Of a DNA stretch of 46,368 nt, positions 17,956 to 27,469 are shown in pieces; positions within the stretch are counted from its first letter, which is position 1; every line of letters begins with the position of its first letter. Source of the DNA: an uncultured Gemmatimonadota bacterium (GTDB lineage: Bacteria > Gemmatimonadota > Gemmatimonadetes > Palauibacterales > Palauibacteraceae); the NCBI GenBank assembly GCA_964450995.1, contig CAYVFM010000002.1:1-46368 (forward strand). Direction: 5' to 3'. The position numbers were made by a program, and so were the translations under genes. Under the pieces are notes generated by a model that was not told the origin of the DNA, ran no database searches, and worked only from the letters and a program-made list of their open reading frames with translations.

Positions 17956-19680
17956 TCACCCGGCGGCCGGCCGCAGGTCGCGGAGCCGGGCCTGCAGGCG
18001 CCGGCGGCCCCGCCACCGGTCCTCCACCAGCTCGTAGGCCACGTCCCAGGCGCCGCCCCCGGACACCTCGCCGGCCCGGTGGCCGAGGCCGAAACCGATG
18101 GCGCCGAGGCGGCCGCCCTCCGGGTCGGCGAGCTCGGCCTTGAGGTGGTTCCCGTCCCCGCCCACCCGGGAGGGGCCGCGGATCGCCACGCCCCGGGCCA
18201 GGAGGAGAGGACGCTCGTTGCCCCGGCCGAAGGGAGCCAGGTGGCCGAGCGCCCGGCAGGTCTCCGCATCGGCCCGCCCCGGCTGGAGGGCCAGGTCCAG
18301 GCGGAGCTCGGGGGCCAGGTCCTCCGGCCCCAGCTCCTCCCGGGCCAGCGCCTCCAGCCGCCCGGCGAACGCCTCCAGGTTCTCACGCCGGATCTCCAGC
18401 CCGGCCGCCGCCCGGTGGCCGCCGTACCGCTCCAGGAGCGGCGCGCACGCCTCCAGGGCCCGGTGGAGGTGGAAGCCGCCGGGCGAGCGCCCCGAGCCCC
18501 GCCCTCGCTCGCCCTCCAGCCCCACCACCACCGCCGGCCGGTGCAGGCGCTCGGCGATCCGGGAAGCCACGATGCCCAGCACCCCGGGGTGCCAGCCCTC
18601 GCCCCAGAGCACGACCGAGCGGTCGGTCTCCGGGTCGAAGCGCTCGTCCAGAGCCCGCTCCGCCTCGGTCTCCACCCGGCGGTCCTCTTCGCGGCGCTCC
18701 CGGTTCCGCTGCTCCAGGCGACGTGCGAGCCGGCCGGCCTCCTCGGGATCCCGGGTCGTGAGCAGCCGCAGGCCGGCGCCGGCCTCCCCGATCCGGCCCA
18801 CCGCGTTGAGGCGGGGCGCCAGCCGGTAGGCGATCGCCTCGGCGTCCGGCTCCCCCTCGACGCCGGCCTCCTCCATCAGGGCCCGGAGGCCCGGCTTCCG
18901 GGTCTTGGCGAGGACCCGGAGCCCTCCCCGGACCAGCACCCGGTTCTCGTCCACCAGGGGGACCACGTCGCCCACGGTGCCCAGGGCCACCAGGTCCAGG
19001 TGTCGGTTGAGCTCGGCCGGATCCCGGCCGACCCGGCCCCAGAGGGCCCGCAGGAGCTTCCAGGCCACCCCGACGCCGGAGAGGTCCCGGAAGGGATAGC
19101 CGGCGTCCGCCCGCCGGGGGTTCACCACGGCCGTGGCGTCCGGGAGCCGCTCGGGCGGCCGGTGATGGTCGGTGATCACCACGTCCATCCCCGCCGCCAA
19201 GGCCCGCTCCACCGCCTCGACGGCCGACACGCCGCAGTCCGCCGTCACGACCAGCTCGGCCCCGACCTCCCGGGCCCGCTCGAGGCCGGCCTCGCCGAAG
19301 TCGTAGCCGTCGCGGGTGCGATGCGGCACGAAGGCCCGGGCGTCGGCTCCCAGCTCGTCCAGGGTCCGGGCCAGCAGGGCCGCCGCCGAGAGGCCGTCCA
19401 CGTCGTAGTCGCCGTGGACCAGCACCGTGGCGCCGGCGGCCGCGGCCGCCGCCATCCGGTCCACCGCCGCCCCTGCGTCGGGGAGGGCCAGGGGGTCGTG
19501 GAGCTGGTCGAAGGAGGGGCGGAGGAAGCGCCGGGCCTCGTCGGGGTCCTCGTGGCCGCGCCGGACCAGGAGCTCGCAGACCTCGGGAGGGAGGCCCAGC
19601 GTCCGCCGCAGCTCGTCCACCGCCCCGCGGGGGACCGGGGCGGGCTCGATCCAGCGGGCCCGGGCCGTGGAGGTCGCCAC
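17956..19680 (-). CDS. recJ: Single-stranded-DNA-specific exonuclease RecJ
   Basis: 574 aa with DHH family motifs: VLVHGDYDVDGLSAAALL, VVTADCG, VITDHH and GGHRAAAG. Confidence 0.95.
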   Translation of the reverse strand: MATSTARARWIEPAPVPRGAVDELRRTLGLPPEVCELLVRRGHEDPDEARRFLRPSFDQLHDPLALPDAGAAVDRMAAAAAAGATVLVHGDYDVDGLSAAALLARTLDELGADARAFVPHRTRDGYDFGEAGLERAREVGAELVVTADCGVSAVEAVERALAAGMDVVITDHHRPPERLPDATAVVNPRRADAGYPFRDLSGVGVAWKLLRALWGRVGRDPAELNRHLDLVALGTVGDVVPLVDENRVLVRGGLRVLAKTRKPGLRALMEEAGVEGEPDAEAIAYRLAPRLNAVGRIGEAGAGLRLLTTRDPEEAGRLARRLEQRNRERREEDRRVETEAERALDERFDPETDRSVVLWGEGWHPGVLGIVASRIAERLHRPAVVVGLEGERGRGSGRSPGGFHLHRALEACAPLLERYGGHRAAAGLEIRRENLEAFAGRLEALAREELGPEDLAPELRLDLALQPGRADAETCRALGHLAPFGRGNERPLLLARGVAIRGPSRVGGDGNHLKAELADPEGGRLGAIGFGLGHRAGEVSGGGAWDVAYELVEDRWRGRRRLQARLRDLRPAAG

Positions 19681-19688
19681 CCGGCGGC

Positions 19689-20411
19689 TCAGTCCCCGGC
19701 GGCGCCGGGCGGGTGCAGGATCACGCCGCAGCCCTCGCAGCGGTAGAGGGAGTCGCCGTTCCGGATCTCGTTGCGGCGCTGGGGCGGAATCATGGTGAAG
19801 CAGTGTCCGCAGTGGTCGCCGTTGAGGGGGGCCAGCACCTCGTCGGTCCTCCCCTTCCGGACTTCCTCGTAGAGCCGGACCAGGTCGTCGTCGAGCACGC
19901 CGGTCCGGTCCTCCCGGAGGTCACGGTGCTCCGCCAGCTCCTCCTCCAGCTCGCTGCGGCGCTCCTCGACCTCGTCCCGCCGCTCGCGGTAGACCGCCTC
20001 GGCCTCCTCCAGCTCCTCCTCCAGCTCGCCCACCCGCTTCCGGGCCGCCTCGACGCGCTCCATGCTCTGCAGGGCCGACTCCTCGGCGTCGTTCAGGTTC
20101 CGGCGGGCCGTCTCGATCTCCGACCGGACCGCCTGGTGCTGCTTCATGTCCTGCACCTGCTCGGCCCGCTCCTTGAGCCGCTTGAGCGTCTCGCGGCCCG
20201 CCTCCACCGAGCGCTGGTCGGCGCGTTGCTCCGCCTGGGCCTCCTCCAGCTCGGCCCGGGCCTCCTTCAGGGCCGAGCGCACCTCCTCCATCCGGGCCTC
20301 GGCCTCCTCCACCTCCGGCGTCAGCGACCGGATGGCGGACTTCCGCTTCTGGATCTCCCGGTCGATGTCCTGGAGGCTCAGCAAGGTCTCCACGGTGTCG
20401 CTCGCGCTCAT
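19689..20411 (-). CDS. Coiled-coil protein with C-terminal C4 zinc ribbon (COG1579 / zf-RING_7 type)
   Basis: 240 aa with long E/R/A-rich heptad-like sequence. It ends in CGHCFTMIPPQ...YRCEGCGVIL. ATG is preceded by GGGGGAGGAG. Confidence 0.8.
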   Translation of the reverse strand: MSASDTVETLLSLQDIDREIQKRKSAIRSLTPEVEEAEARMEEVRSALKEARAELEEAQAEQRADQRSVEAGRETLKRLKERAEQVQDMKQHQAVRSEIETARRNLNDAEESALQSMERVEAARKRVGELEEELEEAEAVYRERRDEVEERRSELEEELAEHRDLREDRTGVLDDDLVRLYEEVRKGRTDEVLAPLNGDHCGHCFTMIPPQRRNEIRNGDSLYRCEGCGVILHPPGAAGD

Positions 20412-20445
20412 CTGCGCTCCTCCCCCGTCATGGTTCGCGTGTCAT

Positions 20446-22281
20446 CTATGTGTAGCGCCGCAGGAAGCTGACCGGTACCTCGGCGTTCCTCAGCTCGCGC
20501 ACCAGCTCCTGCTTCTCCACGATCAGCTCCCGGCCCTGCTCCTCGTCGGCCAGCTCCAGCTCCCGGTCGATCTCGTCCAGCCGCTCGAGCTGGGGCCGGT
20601 AGACCAGCCGCCGCAGCGCCTGCTCGAAGATCGCGTCCGAGCGCACCAGCTCCGTCGGGTCCGCCCGGAGCTCCTCCACCAGCTCCCGGTGCTCCGCCGG
20701 CGGGTCCTCCGGCGGCCACCCCTCGGCGTCCCCCTCCCGGGCCTTCCGCAGCCAGCGGAAGACCGCGGCGCGGTCGTCGCCCCGGAAGCGGTCCGCCTCC
20801 AGCCCTTCCTGCAGGGCCCGGTCCAGCATGGAGGGTTCCCGCAGGAAGAGCAGGAGGAGCGTCCGCTCGGCCGACCGGTCGCCGGCGCCCTTCCCCGTCC
20901 CGGGTCGGCGCCCGGGCCGACCCGGCCCCGGCCCCGGGGGCCCGCCCGGCGCGCCCGGACCGCCCCCCGTCCGGCGGGGCCCCCGTCGGCGCCGGCGATC
21001 GGACTTCGCCACCTCCTTGACGATCGTCTCCCGCCGGACGCCCAGGCGCTCGGCCGTCCGGTCCAGGTAGAGGTCGCGGAGGGAGGGGTCGGCGACCGCC
21101 CGGAGGGTGCTGAGCAGGCCGTCCACCGCGCGGCGTCGGCCCTCGATCGACTCCAGGTAACCCTTCCGATCGAGAATCTGCAGCTTCCGCTCCAGGGCGT
21201 CGACGGCGTCCTCCAGGTACCCCCGGAGCGTCCCCACTCCTTCCTTTCGCACCAGCGAATCTGGGTCCTCGCCCTCCGGCAGCGTCACCACCATCGGGTG
21301 CCCGCCGGCCTCGAGCACGCGGTCGGCGGCCTTGAAGGTGGCCCGGAGGCCCGGCTCGTCGCTGTCGTAGAGGAGGAAGACGCTCCGGGCGTAGCGCACC
21401 AGCGTCTCCGCCTGCTCGGCGGTGAGGGCCGTGCCCAGCGGGGCCACCGTGTTCTGGAGGCCGTGGTCGTGGAGGGCGATGGCGTCCATGTAGCCCTCCA
21501 CCACCAGGGCCCGCTCGTGCTTCCGGATGGCGTGCCGCGCCCGCTCCAGGCCGTACAGCGTCCGGCCCTTGGTGAAGATCGGCGAGTCGGGCGAGTTGAT
21601 GTACTTCGGGGCCTCGTCGTCGCCGCTCAGGTCCCGTCCCCCGAAGCCGACGGCGCGGCCCCGGAGGTCCCGGATGGCGAAAGTCAGGCGGTCGCGGAAG
21701 CGGTCGTAGGGCTCGTCGGCCCGCTCGCTGGTGGAGAGGAGGCCGGCCCCCAGGAGCTGATCGTCCTCGAGGCCGTGGTCGTGGGCGGCCTCGCGGAGGG
21801 CCCGCCAGGAATCGGGGGCGTAGCCCAGGCCGTGGTCCTCGCGGTCGGCGGGGTCGATCCCCCGGCCCTCCAGGTAGTCCCGGGCCCGGCCGCCGACGTC
21901 GGGGTCGGCCAGGTTGTCGGCGAACCACTCGGCCGCGAAGGCGGCCGCCTCGCGGAGAGGGGCGTGGGGGTCCTCGCCGCGCTCCTCTCCGCGCTCGGGG
22001 ACCTGGACGCCGACCCGCTCGCCGATCCATCGGACCGCGTCGGGGAAGTCGTGGCCCAGGTGCTTCATCACGAAGCTGAAGACGTCCCCGCCCTCGCCGC
22101 AGACGAAGCACTTGAAGATCTGCCGCTCGGGGTCGATCGAGAAGTTCGGGTCGTCGCCGCCGTGGAGGGGGCACGGGCCGCGGACGGTCTTGCCGACCCG
22201 CTTGAGGGACATGAACTCGCCGCAGATGTCCACCAGGTCGGCGCGGGAGCGGATCTCCTCGACGACCGCGTCCCTCACCAC
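20446..22281 (-). CDS. dnaG: DNA primase
   Basis: 611 aa. Zinc finger CPLHGGDDPNFSIDPERQIFKCFVCGEGGDVFSFV, Toprim VVEGYMD...LYDSDEPG, a G/P/R-rich linker, then a C-terminal helicase-interaction region. GTG-GTG start. Confidence 0.95.
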   Translation of the reverse strand: MVRDAVVEEIRSRADLVDICGEFMSLKRVGKTVRGPCPLHGGDDPNFSIDPERQIFKCFVCGEGGDVFSFVMKHLGHDFPDAVRWIGERVGVQVPERGEERGEDPHAPLREAAAFAAEWFADNLADPDVGGRARDYLEGRGIDPADREDHGLGYAPDSWRALREAAHDHGLEDDQLLGAGLLSTSERADEPYDRFRDRLTFAIRDLRGRAVGFGGRDLSGDDEAPKYINSPDSPIFTKGRTLYGLERARHAIRKHERALVVEGYMDAIALHDHGLQNTVAPLGTALTAEQAETLVRYARSVFLLYDSDEPGLRATFKAADRVLEAGGHPMVVTLPEGEDPDSLVRKEGVGTLRGYLEDAVDALERKLQILDRKGYLESIEGRRRAVDGLLSTLRAVADPSLRDLYLDRTAERLGVRRETIVKEVAKSDRRRRRGPRRTGGGPGAPGGPPGPGPGRPGRRPGTGKGAGDRSAERTLLLLFLREPSMLDRALQEGLEADRFRGDDRAAVFRWLRKAREGDAEGWPPEDPPAEHRELVEELRADPTELVRSDAIFEQALRRLVYRPQLERLDEIDRELELADEEQGRELIVEKQELVRELRNAEVPVSFLRRYT

Positions 22282-22341
22282 GTGGCTCCGGTCCTCCCGT
22301 GCGGGCTCACCATGTCGTCCTCCCTCGATCGGGCCACGGGC

Positions 22342-24804
22342 TCACTCGAACTCCACCACGGTCACGCCCCGTCCCCCCTCGCCGACCTCGGCCGAGCGCC
22401 AGCGCGCCACCCTGGGATCGGACGAGAGGATCTGCTGGACCTTCTCCCGGAGCGCTCCGGTCCCCTTTCCGTGTACGATCCGGAATCGGGGAAGGTCCGC
22501 CACGACGGCGGCGTCCAGATAGGGGATCAGCTCCGACTCCACCTCGTCCACCCGGAGGCCCCTGAGATGGACCTCCGACTTCGGCTCCACCGGCGGCCGG
22601 GTCCCGGCCCCGGGCGAGGGCTCCGGCCGGCGCGGGCCGCTCCCCTCCGCCGACGCCTCCAGGGCCTCCAGGTCGGTGGCCGGCAGGGTGATCCGGACGC
22701 CCCCGGCCTCCACCACCACCTCGTCCCCCCGCAGCTCCTTCACCCGGCCCTCGCGGTCCAGCGACCGGATCCGGACCCGGTCGCCGGGCTCGACGTCGGC
22801 CGGCTCCGGGGGCTCGGACGGCTCGCCGTCGGGGTCGGGCATCGCCTCGCGGCTCTCCCGGACGGCGGCCTCCACCTGCGAGCGGGCCTCCGACGCGGCC
22901 GCCTCGGCCTCTTCCCGGCCGGCGGCCTCCTCGTACCGGCGCTCCAGCCGCTCGACGGCCTCCTCCACCTCCCGGCGGGCGTCGAGCAGGTACTCCTCCG
23001 CCCGCTCCCGGGCCGCCCGCTCCACCCGGTCCTCGCGGCGGTCCAGCTCGGCGGCCCGCTCCTCCAGCTCCCGCTCCCGGCGCTCCAGCCGCTCGGCCCG
23101 CTCCTCAGCCTCGCCGGTGAGGCGGGACAGCCGCTCCTCCTTCTCCTCCAGCTCGGCCAGGACCTCCTCCATCCGCCGGCCGGACGCCTCCATCCGCGAG
23201 CGGGCCTCCTCCAGGACGTCGGCCGGCATCCCGAGCCGCTCGGCGATCTCGAACGCGTAGCTGCGGCCCGGGCGGTCGCGGCGGAGGCGGTAGGTGGGTC
23301 GGAGCCGCCCGGCGTCGAACTGGAGCGAGGCGTTGACGATCCGGTCGTCCTCGCCGGCCAGCGCCTTCAGGGCGCCCAGGTGGGTCGTGGCCAGCGTCAG
23401 GCCGGCCTGCCCGGCCAGCCGGAGGAGGACGGCCGAGGCCAGCGCCGCGCCCTCGGCCGGGTCGGTGTGGCTGCCCACCTCGTCCAGCAGCACCAGCGAG
23501 CCCCGGTCGGCCTCCTCCAGGATGGCCCGCAGGGTCTCCACCTGGGCGCTGAAGGTGGAGAGGGAGGCGTCGATCGACTGCTCGTCGCCGATGATGGCGT
23601 AGAAGTCGTCGAAGAGGGGGAGGCGGGTGTCCGGGCCCACCGGCGGGAGGACGCCGCTCTGGGCCAGCGCCGAGAGGAGCCCCACCGTCTTCAGCAGCAC
23701 CGTCTTCCCCCCGGCGTTGGGGCCGCTCACCAGCAGCACCCGCTCGTCCGGGGCCAGCTCCAGGTCGAAGGGGACCGCCTCCTCGTCGCCGGCCAGGAGC
23801 AGCGGGTGGCAGGCGTCGGTGATCCGGACGACGCCCCGCTCCCCGGGCGCCCCCATCCTCGGGCGGGACCCGTCCGCGGCCCGGGCCCAGCGGGCGCGGG
23901 CGAAGAGGGCGTCCAGCTCCGCCAGCGCCTCCAGGCTGGCCCGCAGCTCCGGCTGGAGGGGGCGGGCGGCGTCGGTCAGCTCCCGGAGGATCCGCTGGAC
24001 CTCCCGGCTCTCCTCCGCCTCCAGCTCCTTCACCCGGTTCATGGGCTCGATGGCCGGCGGGGGCTCCACGAAGAGGGTCTGGCCGCTGGCCGACTCGTCG
24101 TGGACGATGCCCCCCACCTCCGATCGGCCCTCCCGGCGGACCGGGATGCAGTAGCGGCCGGAGCGCACCGTGACCGAGGCGTCGGGCACCCGGACCCGGT
24201 CCCGCAGGTCGCGGCTGAAGCGCCGGAGCAGGTCCACGAGACCCTGGCGGGCGTCGCGCAGCTCGGAGCGGACCCGGCGGAGCTTCTTCGAGGCCGCGTC
24301 GGCCACCTCGCCGGCGTCGTCGAACGAGCGCTCGAGCCGCTCCTGGAGGTCGGGCTCCCGGAGCAGCCGGTCGGACAGGGCCGAGAGCCGGGGGGCGTCG
24401 CCGTCGCCCGTCGGCAGGTCGCGGCGGGCGGCCCGGCCGCTGGCCAGGAGGCGGGCGATCCCGGTCAGGCCATTCTCGTCCAGCACCGAGCCCTCGACGC
24501 CCAGCCGATCCAGGACCGGTCGGAGATCGGGGATCCGGGGCGGCCCCCAGGCCTCGGCCTCCCGCACGAAGGCCAGCATCTCCTCGGCCGCGTCCAGCCC
24601 CTGTCGGACGGCGTCGGGGTCGGAGGCGGGGCGGAGCCGGTGGATGCGCTCGGCGCCCAGCTCGCTGGTGGCGCGGTCGGCCACCAGCTCCAGGACCCGC
24701 CGGTACTCGATGACCTCCAGGGCGTGCTCGCGGCCGGCCCGCCGGGAGCGCTCCGCGGCGCTCCCCGCAGGGCGGGGGCCGTCGGCGTCGGACGCCCCTC
24801 CCAT
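22342..24804 (-). CDS. mutS2: Endonuclease MutS2 (with C-terminal Smr domain)
   Basis: 820 aa. Walker A VSGPNAGGKTVLLKTVG, LLDEVGSHTDPAEG, a coiled-coil middle, and a C-terminal Smr domain (HLRGLRVDEV...IVHGKGTGALR). Confidence 0.95.
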   Translation of the reverse strand: MGGASDADGPRPAGSAAERSRRAGREHALEVIEYRRVLELVADRATSELGAERIHRLRPASDPDAVRQGLDAAEEMLAFVREAEAWGPPRIPDLRPVLDRLGVEGSVLDENGLTGIARLLASGRAARRDLPTGDGDAPRLSALSDRLLREPDLQERLERSFDDAGEVADAASKKLRRVRSELRDARQGLVDLLRRFSRDLRDRVRVPDASVTVRSGRYCIPVRREGRSEVGGIVHDESASGQTLFVEPPPAIEPMNRVKELEAEESREVQRILRELTDAARPLQPELRASLEALAELDALFARARWARAADGSRPRMGAPGERGVVRITDACHPLLLAGDEEAVPFDLELAPDERVLLVSGPNAGGKTVLLKTVGLLSALAQSGVLPPVGPDTRLPLFDDFYAIIGDEQSIDASLSTFSAQVETLRAILEEADRGSLVLLDEVGSHTDPAEGAALASAVLLRLAGQAGLTLATTHLGALKALAGEDDRIVNASLQFDAGRLRPTYRLRRDRPGRSYAFEIAERLGMPADVLEEARSRMEASGRRMEEVLAELEEKEERLSRLTGEAEERAERLERRERELEERAAELDRREDRVERAARERAEEYLLDARREVEEAVERLERRYEEAAGREEAEAAASEARSQVEAAVRESREAMPDPDGEPSEPPEPADVEPGDRVRIRSLDREGRVKELRGDEVVVEAGGVRITLPATDLEALEASAEGSGPRRPEPSPGAGTRPPVEPKSEVHLRGLRVDEVESELIPYLDAAVVADLPRFRIVHGKGTGALREKVQQILSSDPRVARWRSAEVGEGGRGVTVVEFE

Positions 24805-25151
24805 CAGCCGGGGGGCCAGCCCAGCGAGCGCCCGCCCAGGACGTGCAGGTGGAGGTGGAAGACCGACTGGCCCGCCCCGCGGCCGGTGTTCGCCACCAGG
24901 CGCCAGCCGTCCTCCTCCAGCCCTTCCCGGCGGGCCACGTCGCGGGCCGCCAGCAGCAGCTCGCCGGCCAGCTCCTCGCGACCCTCGTCCAGGTCGTCCA
25001 GGCTCTCCACGTGGCGCCGGGGGATGACCAGCACGTGCGTGGGGGCCTGGGGGTTGGCGTCGCGGAAGGCGAGCCAGCGGTCGCCCTCGGCCACCACGTC
25101 GGACTCGATCTCGCCGGACTCGATCCGGCAGAAGAGGCAGTCGTCACCCAT
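24804..25151 (-). CDS. HIT (histidine triad) family nucleotide hydrolase
   Basis: 115 aa with CLFCRI and the histidine triad HLHLHVLGG. It has an 8-nt overlap with the rsmE stop and a 1-nt overlap (TGATG) with the mutS2 start. Confidence 0.92.
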   Translation of the reverse strand: MGDDCLFCRIESGEIESDVVAEGDRWLAFRDANPQAPTHVLVIPRRHVESLDDLDEGREELAGELLLAARDVARREGLEEDGWRLVANTGRGAGQSVFHLHLHVLGGRSLGWPPG

Positions 25152-25956
25152 CGGTCCCCTCCCGGGTCGCGTCGCTCGTGTCCACGGCCGCGTCGCCCGT
25201 CGACCAGAAGCGGGCCGCGGCCGCCGACAGGGCGGCCACCGCGGCCGTCTCGAAGCGGAGGATCCTCGGTCCCAGCCGGACCGGGCGGAAGCCCGCCTCC
25301 CGGCAGGCCCCGCGCTCGTCGTCGGCCAGCCCGCCCTCGGGCCCCACCAGGAAGCGGGCGGGACGTCGGCCCTCCCACCCGTCGAGGGCCTCCCGGAGGC
25401 CGATCCCGGCGTGCCGGTCCAGGAGGAAGTCCGGTCCGGCGTCCGCCACCCGGCCGCCCGGCGCGGCCCTCCGCTCCCGGCCCAGGTAGTCGTGCAAGTC
25501 GCGCACCGGCCCCACCTCCGGGAGACGGGCCCCGCCGCACTGCTTCAGCGCGCTCACCGCCCGGCGGCGGGCCTTCCTCCAGAAGCCCGTGGACCGGGCC
25601 GCGTCGGCCACCGACGCCGAGCGCCGGCACGCCACCGGCTGGAGGCCGGCGGCGCCCAGCTCCACCGCCTTCTCCACCAGCCAGAGCGTCCGGTCCTTCG
25701 CCCCCACCCCGAAGGCCACCTCCACCGGCAGATCGGGAGGCGGCTCCAGGGCCTCGAGCGGGGTGCAGGCCGCCGCCTCCTCGGCCTCCTCGACGCGGGC
25801 CCGCCAGAGCCGGCCGCGACCGTCGGTGATCCGAACGGTGTCGCCCGGGCGGACCCGCAGGGTGGCGGCGTGCCGGCTCTCGGCGTCGTCCAGCTCGATC
25901 CGCCGGCCCACCGGATCGGGGCCGGGGTCCTCGACGTGGAAGGTGGGGGTCGACAT
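25144..25956 (-). CDS. rsmE: 16S rRNA (uracil1498-N3)-methyltransferase
   Basis: 270 aa from the ATG at 25956: MSTPTFHVEDP...IELDDAESRHAATLRVRPGDTVRITDGRG, ending in LVGPEGGLADDE..VRLGPRILRFETA. The extra 38 aa in track ORF 25144..26070 are Arg/Gly junk. Confidence 0.9.
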   Translation of the reverse strand: MSTPTFHVEDPGPDPVGRRIELDDAESRHAATLRVRPGDTVRITDGRGRLWRARVEEAEEAAACTPLEALEPPPDLPVEVAFGVGAKDRTLWLVEKAVELGAAGLQPVACRRSASVADAARSTGFWRKARRRAVSALKQCGGARLPEVGPVRDLHDYLGRERRAAPGGRVADAGPDFLLDRHAGIGLREALDGWEGRRPARFLVGPEGGLADDERGACREAGFRPVRLGPRILRFETAAVAALSAAAARFWSTGDAAVDTSDATREGTDG

Positions 25957-26019
25957 GGCCCGGCCAAGGTAGGCGGCGGCGCCGGCGGACCGCCAGCCGC
26001 CCCGACCCGGCGGCCGGCC

Positions 26020-26048
26020 TTGGGGATGCCGGGGGCCGGGGCTATCTT
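26020..26048 (+). promoter_or_regulatory. Possible promoter for the plus-strand orphan gene (TTGGGG-N17-TATCTT)
   Basis: -35-like TTGGGG at 26020-26025, a 17-nt spacer, and -10-like TATCTT at 26043-26048, about 45 nt upstream of the GTG at 26091. These are weak matches and this is a pattern-only call. Confidence 0.25.
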
Positions 26049-26090
26049 GCCGGCGACCCTTCTTCCCCACCGCCCGCGGGAGGCGCCGGC

Positions 26091-26534
26091 GTGAGCGACG
26101 AGCCGAAGCAGGAGGCCCCCGACCACTCCGCCGGGACGGACCGACTGCCCGGCGGTCGGCTCCGGCTGGCCGAGGTCCGGGCCGAGCACAGCGCCGATTC
26201 CGCGGTCCGGATCGTGGTGGAGCTGGCCGACGACGAGGAGCGGCACCGGGGCGAGGCCGAAGGCGTCGGCACCGGAGCGGTGCAGCTCCGGCTGGCCGGC
26301 TCGGCCACCCTGGAGGCGGTCAGCCGCGCCCTGCCCGAGACCGCCGAACTCCGGCTGGTGGGGATGAAGCGGGTGCGGGCCTTCGACGCCGACCTGGTGC
26401 TGGCCGGCCTCCGGAGCGGCCGGGACGGGAAGCGGCCCCTGGTGGGCGCCGTGCCCGTCGAGGGGGATCCCGACCGTGCGGCGGCCGCCGCCGTCCTGGA
26501 CGCCGTCAACCGGGTGCTGGGCGCCCCCGGGTGA
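26091..26534 (+). CDS. Hypothetical protein (147 aa), no family recognised
   Basis: GTG start lies 7 nt after GGGAGG. Third codon positions are nearly all G/C across the whole ORF, whereas the overlapping minus-strand ORFs translate to Arg/Ser/Pro/Ala junk. Amino-acid composition is balanced. The stop is 11 nt from the convergent prmA stop. Confidence 0.65.
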   Translation: MSDEPKQEAPDHSAGTDRLPGGRLRLAEVRAEHSADSAVRIVVELADDEERHRGEAEGVGTGAVQLRLAGSATLEAVSRALPETAELRLVGMKRVRAFDADLVLAGLRSGRDGKRPLVGAVPVEGDPDRAAAAAVLDAVNRVLGAPG

Positions 26535-26545
26535 CGACCGCCGGC

Positions 26546-27469
26546 TCAGCCCGGTCGGCTCCCGGGGTCGGCGCGCTCGAGCCGGACGGACCACCAGCCC
26601 TCGTCCACGACCTCCTTGGCCGGCCGCCAGCCGGTCCCGGCCGCCGCCTCCCGCACCTCCGACGCCTCCCGCTCCAGGATCCCGCCCAGCAGCAGTTCGC
26701 CCCCGGGCGCGGCGAGCCGACCCAGGGGCGTCAGCAGGGGCACCAGCACCCGGGCCAGGATGTTGGCCGCCAGGACGTCGAAGCGCATCGGCTCCAGGAG
26801 GGCCAGCCGCGAGGCGTCGGCCCGGGTCCGGAGCAACTCCACGCGGTCGCCGACGCCGTTCCGCTCCAGGTTCTCCCGGGCCACCTCCAGGGCGTCGGCG
26901 TCGACGTCCACCGCCACCACCCGGTCCGCCCCGAGCCGGACGGCGGCCACCGCCAGGATGCCGCTCCCCGTCCCCAGGTCCAGCACGAGGTCGCCGTCCG
27001 TGACGGCCCCCTCCAGCAGGCGGAGGACGCCCCGGGTGCTGCCGTGCTCGCCGGTCCCGAAGGCCATCCCGGGATCCAGCGAGAGGAGGAGGTCGTCGGG
27101 CTCCAGCGACGGGTCGGTCCAGCTCGGCGCCACGACCAGACGGCGTCCCACGCGCCTCGGCTCCAGCCCCTCCCGCCACGCCTCGCCCCAGTCCCGATCG
27201 GGCTCCCAGCCCCAGGACACCGACGCCACGGCGCCGGGCGCTGCCTCCTCCAGCCGCCGGCGCGTCGCCAGCAGGCAGGCCTCCGGGTCGTCGGGCTCGG
27301 GCAGGTGGGTGTGGAGCGCGCCGTCGGATTCCCGGACCGCGCCGGCGCCCAGCTCCACCAGCTCCCGGGCGAGGGCGTGGACCGGGTCGGCGGAGCCGGG
27401 CGCCGCTCCGCCGCCGGGCTCCCCGGGACCGGCCAGCTCCACCTCGAGCACGAGCCATCGCCTGGTCAT
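26546..27469 (-). CDS. prmA: Ribosomal protein L11 methyltransferase
   Basis: 307 aa. Contains the SAM motif [38 protein letters not shown] and ANILA. Confidence 0.92.
   Translation of the reverse strand: MTRRWLVLEVELAGPGEPGGGAAPGSADPVHALARELVELGAGAVRESDGALHTHLPEPDDPEACLLATRRRLEEAAPGAVASVSWGWEPDRDWGEAWREGLEPRRVGRRLVVAPSWTDPSLEPDDLLLSLDPGMAFGTGEHGSTRGVLRLLEGAVTDGDLVLDLGTGSGILAVAAVRLGADRVVAVDVDADALEVARENLERNGVGDRVELLRTRADASRLALLEPMRFDVLAANILARVLVPLLTPLGRLAAPGGELLLGGILEREASEVREAAAGTGWRPAKEVVDEGWWSVRLERADPGSRPG

Noticed and set aside
20062-26094. 2010-aa plus-strand ORF with no stop codon for 6 kb
   Set aside because: It is antisense to, and codon-aligned with, dnaG, mutS2 and rsmE, which all share the same phase. 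In that phase, antisense stops require sense TTA/CTA/TCA codons, which are almost absent at this GC3. Its translation is Arg/Pro/Gly/Ala/Leu-rich low-complexity sequence with no recognisable domain. The minus-strand genes have unambiguous homology.
26042-26509. 155-aa minus-strand ORF in the prmA-rsmE gap
   Set aside because: Its Ser/Arg/Ala/Pro/Thr-rich translation looks like junk. The plus-strand frame has the GC3 signature and an SD, so the plus-strand gene was preferred.
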